DNA of 64,000 nucleotides, from positions 64,001 through 128,000 of the IMG/VR virus record IMGVR_UViG_3300020477_000014. One strand, given 5' to 3'. Both the position numbers and the translations under genes were made by a program. The stretch comes from a virus. Positions 1 to 11,026 of the stretch are shown in pieces (within the stretch, counting starts at the first letter, position 1; each line of letters starts with the position of its first letter). A model generated the notes under the pieces. The model did not search any database. It was not told where the DNA came from and saw nothing but the letters and a program-made list of their open reading frames with translations.

Positions 1-1
1 C

Positions 2-3000
2 ACATTAAGCCAACAAAGTCCCAATCCTTATTCGAGTGCTTTTAACTATTCAAACATCTATGATGAAAATATTTATACCACCGAAGGGCTTCCTTATGAT
101 TACGGCAAAGGAACACGTCTTTCGAATTTGAGAGCCAATTTTGACGATGGCGTGACAATAGAAACATGGCTAACCACTGGTTCTCTTCATCCCAAAGCCG
201 ATGCTAGCAAACAAGTGCTTTTGGATTGGTGGAACAATAACATTCTTGCTTCTAGCGATTACGGGCGCCTTCGGGTTGAATTGACGTCTTCTAAAAATGC
301 AGCCGGATTTGGTATAAGACCATTTGTAATAACGGTGAATTCGGGCTCTCAATCCTCGATGAACAAGGCAGCCAATAGTTTTTTTCTGGGCAAAGTGACA
401 CTACATGATGATTTGGGTTCCCTATGGAAACACTATGCCATAACCCTTTATAACACTTCCTCTGCATACAACCAAGAGGGCACAACAATCAGGGCAGATC
501 TCTATGTAGATGGGATTTTGAACGATACATATCCACGCGACGGCGGTATGAGCCTAGTTCGCGAGATCCCTGGAATTCAAGCGTGGTATCGATTGAGTGA
601 GGATTATGATTCTTTAAGCTCGGTAACCGATCACAGCGGAAAAGGACACAATGGAAGCTTTGGAACTTATTCGAAACCCTCCAAATCTCAGACTACCCCC
701 GGAACCTATCTCCAATCAGCATCAAATCTCTTTGATAATAGCGGTACCGACGGAATTAACATTGGGACCCCCGCGACGTGGGACGCGCTCATAGGAGCCG
801 ATACTGGCGGAGGATCTACAGAGAAATTGACATTTGCAGCATGGGTGCGACGAACAGGCGCCGGCGCCGGCGGTAAAGGAAAAATTCTTGATTTTGGATT
901 AGCGGATTTTGGTTTCTATATAGATTCCACAAATCACTTGTGTTTAGAGGCAAAGTGGGATTCTGGAACCCCCTCTTTATTTACCTACCGCTCAGATGAT
1001 GCAGTTTGCCCAACTACAGCTAGTGGTGAGTGGGTTCATGTGGCTGTAACTTATGATCTGTCTAGTGCGGCAAACGATCCTATTTTGTATGTGAATGGGA
1101 AATCTGTTCCAGGATCCTGGGATGGCGCCGTGGCTGGAACATTTGATGGAATTATTGGTGCCGACTGTTTCATAGGAAACAATTCTTCTAAGACACGGCA
1201 TTTTAATGGGTATATAGCTGAGGTGATCATATGTAACTCCGTGCTTCTGCCGCGAAAGATTTATGCTCTTTATGCGGATCGTGGACATACAGTGGGCGAA
1301 CTTCCGTCACAAAAGGCAATGGGAAGAATTGGCGCCCTTTTAACATCCCCGGGTTGGGGAGACACAGCAGCCGTATCTGGTGATGGCAAATTATCTGGCT
1401 CATTAGATGAGTTCAGATTTTGGAAAGTAAAAAGAACACAAAAACAAATAGCTGAAAACTTTTTCACTCAAGTGGGCGGAGGTGCGAATACTGATATCGC
1501 TAACGCCGATTTGGGGGTATATTATAAGTTTAATGAAGGGAAGACGGGTAATGCGACAACGGATCAAGTTGTGTTGGATTACGCAGGTCGAGTTTGCAAT
1601 GGAGTGTGGACAAATTATACGGCAAATTCTCGATTTACGGGTTCGGCTATTCTGTTGGCTAAAGCAGCACTAAGGGAAACCCCAGACCCAATTGTTCGTG
1701 CTAATAATCCGAGATATGCCGCACTTCAAACTTCTTTATTGGAAAAAGGCAGAGTTCATGATTTAAATAACAATTCAATGTTTATTAATTATTCTCCTTC
1801 TTGGGTTATAGATCTGCATGACACTCTCCAAGGTGCCTCACAGTATGATAATACTAATTTAGAAATGATTTCCCACTTGATGGGGGCTTATTTTGATAAA
1901 TTATATAACCTCATACATGAAGTTCCAAAACTCAAACACTACAATTACCCGAGCGCTAGCGCCACGCCATTGCCGTTTTCGATGCATTTGCCGCAATCAA
2001 TGGGGTTGTATGCACCAGATCTCTTTGTCGATGCTAGTGTGCTGGAGCATTTTGAAAACAGAACAGAGACAGAACAATTCGCCGGAAGAGTTGTTGATAT
2101 TAAGAATTTAATTTATCAAAATCTTTACAATAATATAGCCAATATTTACAAATCCAAAGGAACCGAGACAGCCATAAGAAACGTGTTGCGTTGTTTCAAT
2201 ATTGATGATTCGTTGGTGAGATTCAAAACTTATTCTCGTAATAACGTTTATGATTTAAAAAATAATTTACGACAAATAGCCCGAACTAATGCGCGCCTTA
2301 ATTATAATAACTTAGCACAATCACATGGCGTGGTATATCAAGCGAACAACTCATTAAGTTACCCAAGCACAGGATATATCCACGGCACTAGAGACGGCGC
2401 CGGTTTTGGAACGTGGGCAAGAGAAGAGGTTTGCGGTGCCACCATTGAAGCCGATATTGTGTTTCCAAAATTTGATCAAAATGAACACGTATTTCCAAGA
2501 TACTTTCACACTTCGTCTTTGTTTGGGATGTATACCGTTAATACGGCTAGCGCGGGATCCCTAAGTGGACACAATACAGCGTATGTATCTCAAGATGATT
2601 GGACCAATTTTCAGGTTTATGCAATTCGGGATTCTTTGGGCTCTAAAAATGTCCGCTTTATGCTTACGTCTGATCGCAGCCCTTATCCCATTCCAGAAAT
2701 TACCAGCAGTACGTTTTTGGATGTTTATGATGACAACCGTTGGAATTTATCAGTTCGCGTTAAGTCTAAAAACTATCCTTTAGGGGGAATCGTTTCGGGC
2801 TCTGGGCCCCCTTCTTTTGATGGGCAACCATTTGAAGTAATTTTTCGAGGTGTCAATACAGTATTGGGCACTGTCGTCGATCAGTTTGAGCTTACATCAG
2901 CTTTGAGTTACACCACTGCTTCTTATTTTTTAGGAAGCACAAAAAGGCTGTATTGCGGAGCAAAGCGCTTTAATATAACTTCGTCGATACAGCACCCAGC

Positions 3001-6000
3001 GGATACTTATATATCCGATTTGAAGTATTGGGCTCATTATATTGATAATTCCGATCTGGATCAGCATTTATATGATTTAGAAAATGCCGGCATTTCACAA
3101 ACCTATCAACCACTTCTGGCACAAACAAATAGTGAGATTTTACGTCGGAGTACGTTAGGTCTACATTGGTCTTTTGAAGATGTCACCTCTTCTAATTCAT
3201 TGGGGCAATTTAGAGTTATAGATTATAGCTCTGGATCTCGTCAGATGATTACAGCCTCGGGCTGGTTGGGAGAGGTTACTCAATATAGACATCCCGGGTT
3301 GGGCTATGGGTTTGTCACATCTTCTGGCGCCGCAATTAGTAGAACCTTAGAAAACTCTTTTAAGTTTACCGATCCCGAAGAAACGATATCTAGTAATATG
3401 ATATCCATCCTTTCAGAAGATGATAAGCTTTTTAAGATAGTGGAAACTGTTCCTAATTATGTTTTTACTATTGAAAAAAGCATGTATCAGGCAATATCGG
3501 AAGAGATGATGATATTTTTAGCTGGTGTGACAGATTTCCATAATCTAATTGGAAACCCCCTTAATCGTTACCGAGATCGATATAAAAACATAGAAAAATT
3601 GCGAGAGTTATTTTTTCAACGTGTTACTGAAATAAGTGATGTTGAAAAATATATTAAATATTACAAATGGTTTGATGATGCATTGGGCATTATTTTATCG
3701 CAATTGGTGCCTGCGTCTGCCGATTTGGTACCGGATGTATTAAATATTGTCGAGAGTCACACATTAGAGAGAAACAAATACGAAACCCAGTTCCCTACGA
3801 TAGAAAACTTTTCTCCTGTTGTTGGTTCATCTATCAAGGGATTTGGAGATCGTTCGTATCCTGGTTTTTTAGGTCAAACAACGCAGCCAACTTCTCCGCG
3901 TGATACAACTCGTCATATACCTTTTTGGAAAAAACGCGCCCTTAGAGACGCTCCAGAAATTACTTCTGGCGATGCGACGATTGATAGCCAACGAGAAACT
4001 TATCGCATCGTCATCAATTCTCATCCGCGCCTTAGTCAGAGTATTCCTTTTGTTGTTGATATGGCGACTAACCAAAAGTATTTTTATCGACCTTTTTTCC
4101 AAAGAGGGAGAAAATTAACTGGATTCAAATTTGATTCGCCAGTAACCAAGGCGCCCAGCAATGCGAAAGTATTAAAGGGTGGCACCAACTTTTCACCTAG
4201 CAAAGATATTGATTTTACGTATACAGCATTACGCCCTGCTGGTCCTGTTTATACAAGTGGGGGCGTGTATGTCCCACAAAACGTTCTTTTGTCTTTAGAG
4301 GAAGATTTTGCACAAATTCCAGTAAACAACGATCCCCCGTCGGATCCAAGCGAAAAAGAATATCGAGTTGTTAAAGTGCAACACGGTCGCGATTATCAAT
4401 TAGGTTTGGGTTATAGTAATGTAAAATCGACATTGGCATATCCTTTTAATATGGTGAGTTCTTCATTGACTACTGGTTACCAGAAAGATGTGACCAACCA
4501 GGTTAAAGGTATCAACATAGTCAATCTACACAATGATGTGTATGGTCCCCATATGGAGAAGCCGATTCAAGGACCCTTTACTGAGCATAACGTTGGCGGT
4601 CATCAGTCGCGCCACGTTCCTCTTAATAGGGGCGACGATTCATGGCGAACTAGACCGGAAGCATGGATGTTGATGCTCGGTAGATGTAGCGGAAATCTTG
4701 GCGCCATTGGTATGGTGGGTCCAGATTACCCATGGCCTGACGAAAATAGCCTTGAAAGACCAGATCCGTACCCGGCTATATTGTCTCAAAAGGCTTGGTT
4801 ATATCGCGACTTTACTGCGAAAAGTCCTGTAAATATAAAAAACATACATAGATCAGGAGCGATAGGTCCTGTTTTGGGCAACTACCGCCAGCCTTACGAT
4901 ATCGTGACAACTTTTGGAAAGCATAGTAATCCGAGTCACTTAGTAAAAAATGAGAATTGGGTAGTTTATCCTCCTGATACTTTTCCGTCATATGCCACCG
5001 GAACAACGGTTGTGAACACATTGTTGGATATTCGTAGTCGGGAACATGGAAAACTTTTTATTCCCGCCGGCGGTCCTGGGCCCGGAGATCGTCATCCGAG
5101 ATTTAACGGAGAGTATGCCACCTATTATCTTCAAGGAAGAGCAAACCGGTCAGTTATTTCAAACAGGTTTGGCGCACCTGGAGGGATGGACACCACCCAA
5201 CCCGGACTTAAAGATTTTAGATCTGGCGAGTTTTCTGCATATAATGCGTTGCCATTTAGAAATTTGATGGTTATTCGACCTAACCAAGGACCTAGCGGCA
5301 CCATTGGTGCTACCGAGGGCATGAGAATATCAGATCTTCACGGTAAGGATTTCGGCATGCGCGCATTACTCGCGCGACATTGTGGAAAATTTGGTAGAGA
5401 TTCTTTATGGGTCCAAAACCCCGGCGCAACTTATAATCAGCTTCCTAGTTTCCAAAAAACCAACCGCAATCGTTTAACTATGGTTGATCGAGAAGTAGTT
5501 TATCATCACGCCACTGTGACTGCTAGTTGTCTTTCTCAGCCCCCCGCGGACACCAAGGGTTTGGTGGTGGGAGTGTTGCCGCACATTGTAGTACCTGGAA
5601 ATCAATTTGAAGTAAAGGTTCCGTACGGATGGGAAGCTCCCACAGCACCACCGAGAATTTATACTTTTAATTATCAGACAATTCTTGGTAATCCAGGCTC
5701 TTCCGATCTCATAAATGTTCAAATTGGTGGCACTAATGATATTACGATTGCCAACACTATAGATGCCATTAACGGATTGGCAATATCGACGCAAGCGCGC
5801 TATTATGATAATAATCCGATCCATCGACCGCTTCGTATTACTGCCGCGGCATCTCCCGCGATGGGCGCCAAGGGAATCGATCTTTTCGCCACCATGATGG
5901 GAGATCTTGGTAATCTATTGGTTTATTATTCTTCCACCTCTTCATTGACGCACCCCACCAAAACCGGCATAAATCAGAATTTTTCGGGGGGAGTGACTGT

Positions 6001-9000
6001 TTACAATTCAGTTCCGGGTGTTCAATATAAATATGATAATGCTTTTGTCCAGCATGCGATCCCCAGATCAACTAGTCAGTATTTGTGGATTAGTGCGTCC
6101 GCGGTTAATTTAAACGCTGCCCACACCCCGGCTTATACACCTTTCAATTTTTTAGTATCCAGCGGCACCACTCTTATCAATGCTTATGATTTTGTGAGCG
6201 CGAGTGATTTTGGTGCATTTTCTTCATCCACCGGCTTTTATTATGGTAGAGATAAGAAGGATTCATGGTTAGTTGGAAAAGACTTTCTTCCGGTTGATTT
6301 TGTAGGATCGAATACGATTATAAACGAAAATGTGGACATGTCCACCAACACTGTTGGCAACGCAAATAGTTATTATGATTATTTGAATACGAACATCATA
6401 GATAAAGGGTTTGCCCCTTCGTCTCCGACTCCTTCCGCAGTCATACTAAACAGTTTGCTTTTGAATCGCGGCGGAGCATACGGCTGGTCAGGTAGACAAC
6501 CTTTATATCAAAACAACAATATCGTGTTGCGCAATGAAAGACAGAGCAACATGTTGAGTCTTAAAAACTCCGATAACTCTCTTACGAAATATAATAATCC
6601 ACCCATCACAATGGACGGACGGCCCGTATATGTGAATTTGGACTTTATGTTAACTTCGACATTGCCTTCGACCAATGTTACTTTGGAAATGCCGCTTGGT
6701 GTTTATCAGTATTTTAATACGAATGACTTAAATAATAGATTTAGTTTTGATCAATATTCTTATATCACACAATTTGAACAATTGATGCAATTGGCGAGAG
6801 ATTACAATTACAAATTAAATTGGGTATTGTATTCAGAATGTATTTTCCCTGCTGATCGTAATGAATTTTTGTCATATTCGCGAGGGAGAATAGGATATAC
6901 CAACGATTTTTGGAGAAACAACCGCCAACAGAGAAACACTCTTGGCAGCACTCTGCCAACGACATTTGATTATACGGGATATTCTCAATCGGCATGGGTT
7001 TTGGATGCGCCTATAGATTTCTTGACACGCACTGGTCCTCAAATTCTTAGTCATTGGTGGACCGGCTCTAATCGATCGGATTTATTAAAAATTTCAGGTG
7101 CTGCCGGCGAATTACAAAATATATATAGCACCTATACTTATGTGCCTTCAGCGTATGATTTCAATTCAAAATTTGAAACCTTTGGTGGCGCCGTTCCTTG
7201 GCCCGGGGTTTTAGTTGTTGGGCAACCAGTTTCTTCTGGGGGTGCCTATAAGGTTGATTGGAAATCTAAGGCTTTAACTCCGGGACCTTTATATGCGCGC
7301 AAATCCACATTGTCGAGCCAACTTTCTGTAGTTTCCCCTCATGGTATATCAAACCCTCCTGTGTATAGGATTAATTCCATATTCAGCGCCTGGGCTACTG
7401 GAAGTAATCATGGCGGTGGTCCGACTACTCATCAATTTCGAGTTTTGGATCCCCTTAAGGCTCAAAATACAGGCAGTCTTCGACGAAGTGATGCCGGCTA
7501 CATGTCTCAAAAGAATCAACGATTAGCAGGGGAGGCAAAATGGGAAGCCAACACCCTGGCGGGAATAGTTGTACAAAGCGGAACCACCTCCCAGTTTGTG
7601 TCGCACCCAAGTGAGCCATGGTTTGATGAGTATGGCGACTTTAAATACGAATTGCAAAAAATGGCGAAAGATTATGCCATTGTGCCTGAATTCAGAATCA
7701 GTGAACATATTAAATCTTATAAACAAAATGGCTTGCTGAATGAAGGAAAAACAAATACTTTTGAAATTGTGGGAACTTCTTTTGACAGTTCTCAGGACAT
7801 GTTCTATAGAGACTATTCAAATTCAGACTTTCTTAAAGAATTTGCAAATGTGAAAGCAAATTCGCTTTTAAATGCATCAGAGATTCGATTGGTTTGCGAC
7901 GCAGCCATCCGGTTCAATCCCTATAAAGGATTTTACCCAGCCCAGCGCAGCGCACAATTGGTAGATCAATTAAAAGATAGTTATAATCGATGTTATGAAG
8001 CGCGCGCCTATTATATTGGCACGGATGGCGTTGTGCCCTTTGAGTCTTCGGTGGGGCTATCTGGGCTTGGCAGTACCACCGCACGTACTATGGTCACGGG
8101 CGCCCAGGCAACGAATTTGTTTGAAGGACAATTCCCCGGCGCCACGAGACACCTAAACAAGACCCTCTTTGCTCCTGGTATTCTGTATAATAGCATCAAA
8201 GCAGGTGTTGCGGTCGATTATCCAATTGTTTCGGATGCTCGAAAAATTGCTCGAGCCTACCCGTTTCCTTCTTTTCTCCAGGCTGGAGATGGCTATGCCT
8301 CTAATGGTTTTCCGGCCGGCGCTAACCCTAGACACAATACTGATATTTCCATGTCTTACGAGAATGCTATGGCATATTGTCAGCCTCCGATGGCTTATGA
8401 CGCCGTAGACGGTACTGCATCTTTGCTTAATACGCCTGAGTGGAATCCGTGGTACGATGAGGGTGATGAAGTTGGCATCTACAAGGACTTTTTTGATATT
8501 CGATTACCTTTTGAAACAATTATTAAGCCCGAAAACCATCTTCAAAACGTGACAGTTTGCGATCTAGAGACAGACTATGCCTTGCGAGACGGTGGTACTT
8601 ATGGACTCATGTTGAATACTTTCCGAGGTCAGCCAGCAGACAACATTTATACATCTATGGCGCGAAACTTCTTTGGCGCAATTCCATCGTTTTTCTTGAA
8701 AGACAGTTCTTTCACAACTTTGAGATCGAAAACATTTGCCGGTACGCGACAGTTTGCTTCTGGCGCCGTTTACATGGCAAGAGTAAAAATGCTGTCTTCT
8801 TATAGCGGTTCACGAAATTATACTAACGAATATATGGCATCTGTGGGCGGAACTTCACAAAATTCAGCTTCAGTGTGGCTGGAGGCGGGACCCAGAGCGG
8901 TGACTGCCTCGATCGATCCTTCCGGAACCATTACACAGCTTCAATATTTATCCGGAAATGTGTGGTTCCCCATACCTCAGCATCCACGGAACAAGATTTA

Positions 9001-11026
9001 TGATCCTTCTCGTGGCATAGACCTGACTTTCCCGGACGGTAGGAATCTATCTTTTCAGGAAAGCTTCACAATGTACAGCCGGACCGATGCTTTTGGTCCT
9101 CCTTTGGCTGGTACATATGCCGGACCCGGCGCCGAAATGAGAAGACTTCTCCCCACTGTTCAAAGATGGCTCAGTGCGTCATATGCATATGCGGGGTGGG
9201 GCTATTTTCAGCCTTACTACACTTCCGGTCCACAAATTGGAACAGCTTCATATAACAACGTGGGGAATACCGCGCCAGCAGCGCCTCGATATTTAGAATA
9301 TACTATGGCGCCATGGGATAGAGAGGCTAATAGAGAATATCCAAACATGACCCCTCTTCCTGTTTTTGATAGCTTGACAGGGTACAACTGGGCATACACG
9401 CCGCCTTATTATGATGGCGAGGCTTGGGCAGATCTGATTTTTAGACCAGATCCCACCAAACATTACGATTTACAAACGATATTAGATGAAGTTGATGTTT
9501 ACCAATGGCGCGTCGATCCTGGCTATGTTAATCCTAATCCCCGGGTTAATATATTTAATAGTACCGAATTTGTTATCAACATAACGGGCACCATCTTCAG
9601 TAGCTCTAAGGGCATCGGTGGTGCGTATCCGCAGCCATTTTCTTATGGCAACAAAGTGTTTGATTATCCAAGCTCACCATACGCCGGAAAAATGATCAAC
9701 AAGAGTGCCATGCAGCTTAATGCGTCTGTTGATTTATTTGGTGTGGAAAATGTTGGATTTGTGCAAGAATCTACAACAGGCGAAAAGTCCACTCGAAACC
9801 AATCAATCGGACAGAGGTGGGTCATACAGCCCAAATTTGAGACTCCGCATGCAAACTTTAGTGATATCGGGACGCGCCCCTTGCGCAAGTCATTCATGGG
9901 GGTAACCGGTACGGTACCCGGAAATATCACGTTGCCTTTATATGCATCGTCGGCTGTGCCTCAAGGAATGTGGCACCAATTTGGAATTATCGATCCAGAT
10001 CCTCAAAAGGGAATCTTTTTAGAGATAGGGGCTATTCCTTCGAATTGGCTGAAGTATCACTACAATGTTACTCTAGAATCTAGCCCCTACAACAACTATA
10101 ATGTGCATGACGGACCAAATGTGCACAAGAATGTCCAAAGTTTGGCTCATTTGGCTGGGTTTGATAAGAGCCGTGCTCGCTTAGGAGAACTAAAAGAGTC
10201 TATGATAGTTAAAGAAGCTGTTGTGGCTGTTCCTTATATTACAACCATCCCTGTTCCTTTAGGAAGCAAAACTAAAAAGTATTTTGAAGGAAAGCGCTTC
10301 ATTACTATTCCTCGAGAGCGAATAGATGCAGCGCAAAGCTCCTTGCGAGGAACACCCTTGGGTCAGTCGCTGGACGCGGCAGGGATTTCTATTAGAGATC
10401 AGCTAGCTAAAATGGAGAATTATATTTTCCCACCACAATTTAATTTTATAGAAAATAGCAATCTTGATCCGATGGCTATGTATATTTTTGAGTTCACCTA
10501 TGAATTCGATAAGGATGATTTAAATTATATTTGGCAAAACCTCGCACCGAGAAACTATCAAAGAGTTCACATGCAGAGCGATTCGGTATCTCACGCATTG
10601 CTAAATAGTGAACTTCTTTCTGAACATAATTTGGCGGATAATGAAAATCTGAGATGGATGATTTTTAAAGTTAAACAACGCGGACAAGATGACTACTATG
10701 ATCATGTTAAACCTCAAGGCAGTATTGCGTCGGATGATGTATTCGAGGACGACACATTGACACCCGAAGAGAAATATTTACAGTATAATTGGCCCTATGA
10801 CTACCTTTCATTTGTGGAACTAATAAAGATGGACGTTCAAGTGAAATTTGATTCACCAACGTTGGCACTTACAGGATCAGAATTAGTTGAAATAGACATT
10901 CCTATCACGGCAGAGTTTCAAGATCCAAATAGTGTTAGTTCGCTTTCCTCTTTAGAGCAACAAGTTCCAGTTAATATAGCCAATAACGCCCCTTCTAACA
11001 TGAACAAGGGCGAAGGAGAGTATTAA
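2..11026 (+). CDS. Giant virion/baseplate protein, 5'-partial (at least 3674 aa), with LamG (concanavalin-A-like) domains near the N-terminus
   Basis: The frame of ORF 128..11026 is open back to base 2 (TLSQQSPNPY...), so the TTG at 128 is not the true start. LamG motifs: WKHYAITL, LYVDG, LDEFRFWK, WVHVAVTYD, LYVNG, FNGYIAEV. It sits at the head of the structural block. Confidence 0.7.
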   Translation, partial: TLSQQSPNPYSSAFNYSNIYDENIYTTEGLPYDYGKGTRLSNLRANFDDGVTIETWLTTGSLHPKADASKQVLLDWWNNNILASSDYGRLRVELTSSKNAAGFGIRPFVITVNSGSQSSMNKAANSFFLGKVTLHDDLGSLWKHYAITLYNTSSAYNQEGTTIRADLYVDGILNDTYPRDGGMSLVREIPGIQAWYRLSEDYDSLSSVTDHSGKGHNGSFGTYSKPSKSQTTPGTYLQSASNLFDNSGTDGINIGTPATWDALIGADTGGGSTEKLTFAAWVRRTGAGAGGKGKILDFGLADFGFYIDSTNHLCLEAKWDSGTPSLFTYRSDDAVCPTTASGEWVHVAVTYDLSSAANDPILYVNGKSVPGSWDGAVAGTFDGIIGADCFIGNNSSKTRHFNGYIAEVIICNSVLLPRKIYALYADRGHTVGELPSQKAMGRIGALLTSPGWGDTAAVSGDGKLSGSLDEFRFWKVKRTQKQIAENFFTQVGGGANTDIANADLGVYYKFNEGKTGNATTDQVVLDYAGRVCNGVWTNYTANSRFTGSAILLAKAALRETPDPIVRANNPRYAALQTSLLEKGRVHDLNNNSMFINYSPSWVIDLHDTLQGASQYDNTNLEMISHLMGAYFDKLYNLIHEVPKLKHYNYPSASATPLPFSMHLPQSMGLYAPDLFVDASVLEHFENRTETEQFAGRVVDIKNLIYQNLYNNIANIYKSKGTETAIRNVLRCFNIDDSLVRFKTYSRNNVYDLKNNLRQIARTNARLNYNNLAQSHGVVYQANNSLSYPSTGYIHGTRDGAGFGTWAREEVCGATIEADIVFPKFDQNEHVFPRYFHTSSLFGMYTVNTASAGSLSGHNTAYVSQDDWTNFQVYAIRDSLGSKNVRFMLTSDRSPYPIPEITSSTFLDVYDDNRWNLSVRVKSKNYPLGGIVSGSGPPSFDGQPFEVIFRGVNTVLGTVVDQFELTSALSYTTASYFLGSTKRLYCGAKRFNITSSIQHPADTYISDLKYWAHYIDNSDLDQHLYDLENAGISQTYQPLLAQTNSEILRRSTLGLHWSFEDVTSSNSLGQFRVIDYSSGSRQMITASGWLGEVTQYRHPGLGYGFVTSSGAAISRTLENSFKFTDPEETISSNMISILSEDDKLFKIVETVPNYVFTIEKSMYQAISEEMMIFLAGVTDFHNLIGNPLNRYRDRYKNIEKLRELFFQRVTEISDVEKYIKYYKWFDDALGIILSQLVPASADLVPDVLNIVESHTLERNKYETQFPTIENFSPVVGSSIKGFGDRSYPGFLGQTTQPTSPRDTTRHIPFWKKRALRDAPEITSGDATIDSQRETYRIVINSHPRLSQSIPFVVDMATNQKYFYRPFFQRGRKLTGFKFDSPVTKAPSNAKVLKGGTNFSPSKDIDFTYTALRPAGPVYTSGGVYVPQNVLLSLEEDFAQIPVNNDPPSDPSEKEYRVVKVQHGRDYQLGLGYSNVKSTLAYPFNMVSSSLTTGYQKDVTNQVKGINIVNLHNDVYGPHMEKPIQGPFTEHNVGGHQSRHVPLNRGDDSWRTRPEAWMLMLGRCSGNLGAIGMVGPDYPWPDENSLERPDPYPAILSQKAWLYRDFTAKSPVNIKNIHRSGAIGPVLGNYRQPYDIVTTFGKHSNPSHLVKNENWVVYPPDTFPSYATGTTVVNTLLDIRSREHGKLFIPAGGPGPGDRHPRFNGEYATYYLQGRANRSVISNRFGAPGGMDTTQPGLKDFRSGEFSAYNALPFRNLMVIRPNQGPSGTIGATEGMRISDLHGKDFGMRALLARHCGKFGRDSLWVQNPGATYNQLPSFQKTNRNRLTMVDREVVYHHATVTASCLSQPPADTKGLVVGVLPHIVVPGNQFEVKVPYGWEAPTAPPRIYTFNYQTILGNPGSSDLINVQIGGTNDITIANTIDAINGLAISTQARYYDNNPIHRPLRITAAASPAMGAKGIDLFATMMGDLGNLLVYYSSTSSLTHPTKTGINQNFSGGVTVYNSVPGVQYKYDNAFVQHAIPRSTSQYLWISASAVNLNAAHTPAYTPFNFLVSSGTTLINAYDFVSASDFGAFSSSTGFYYGRDKKDSWLVGKDFLPVDFVGSNTIINENVDMSTNTVGNANSYYDYLNTNIIDKGFAPSSPTPSAVILNSLLLNRGGAYGWSGRQPLYQNNNIVLRNERQSNMLSLKNSDNSLTKYNNPPITMDGRPVYVNLDFMLTSTLPSTNVTLEMPLGVYQYFNTNDLNNRFSFDQYSYITQFEQLMQLARDYNYKLNWVLYSECIFPADRNEFLSYSRGRIGYTNDFWRNNRQQRNTLGSTLPTTFDYTGYSQSAWVLDAPIDFLTRTGPQILSHWWTGSNRSDLLKISGAAGELQNIYSTYTYVPSAYDFNSKFETFGGAVPWPGVLVVGQPVSSGGAYKVDWKSKALTPGPLYARKSTLSSQLSVVSPHGISNPPVYRINSIFSAWATGSNHGGGPTTHQFRVLDPLKAQNTGSLRRSDAGYMSQKNQRLAGEAKWEANTLAGIVVQSGTTSQFVSHPSEPWFDEYGDFKYELQKMAKDYAIVPEFRISEHIKSYKQNGLLNEGKTNTFEIVGTSFDSSQDMFYRDYSNSDFLKEFANVKANSLLNASEIRLVCDAAIRFNPYKGFYPAQRSAQLVDQLKDSYNRCYEARAYYIGTDGVVPFESSVGLSGLGSTTARTMVTGAQATNLFEGQFPGATRHLNKTLFAPGILYNSIKAGVAVDYPIVSDARKIARAYPFPSFLQAGDGYASNGFPAGANPRHNTDISMSYENAMAYCQPPMAYDAVDGTASLLNTPEWNPWYDEGDEVGIYKDFFDIRLPFETIIKPENHLQNVTVCDLETDYALRDGGTYGLMLNTFRGQPADNIYTSMARNFFGAIPSFFLKDSSFTTLRSKTFAGTRQFASGAVYMARVKMLSSYSGSRNYTNEYMASVGGTSQNSASVWLEAGPRAVTASIDPSGTITQLQYLSGNVWFPIPQHPRNKIYDPSRGIDLTFPDGRNLSFQESFTMYSRTDAFGPPLAGTYAGPGAEMRRLLPTVQRWLSASYAYAGWGYFQPYYTSGPQIGTASYNNVGNTAPAAPRYLEYTMAPWDREANREYPNMTPLPVFDSLTGYNWAYTPPYYDGEAWADLIFRPDPTKHYDLQTILDEVDVYQWRVDPGYVNPNPRVNIFNSTEFVINITGTIFSSSKGIGGAYPQPFSYGNKVFDYPSSPYAGKMINKSAMQLNASVDLFGVENVGFVQESTTGEKSTRNQSIGQRWVIQPKFETPHANFSDIGTRPLRKSFMGVTGTVPGNITLPLYASSAVPQGMWHQFGIIDPDPQKGIFLEIGAIPSNWLKYHYNVTLESSPYNNYNVHDGPNVHKNVQSLAHLAGFDKSRARLGELKESMIVKEAVVAVPYITTIPVPLGSKTKKYFEGKRFITIPRERIDAAQSSLRGTPLGQSLDAAGISIRDQLAKMENYIFPPQFNFIENSNLDPMAMYIFEFTYEFDKDDLNYIWQNLAPRNYQRVHMQSDSVSHALLNSELLSEHNLADNENLRWMIFKVKQRGQDDYYDHVKPQGSIASDDVFEDDTLTPEEKYLQYNWPYDYLSFVELIKMDVQVKFDSPTLALTGSELVEIDIPITAEFQDPNSVSSLSSLEQQVPVNIANNAPSNMNKGEGEY

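Noticed and set aside
128-130. TTG start of the 3632-aa ORF given in the track
   Set aside because: The frame is open to the window edge and there is no SD; the gene starts upstream of the window.
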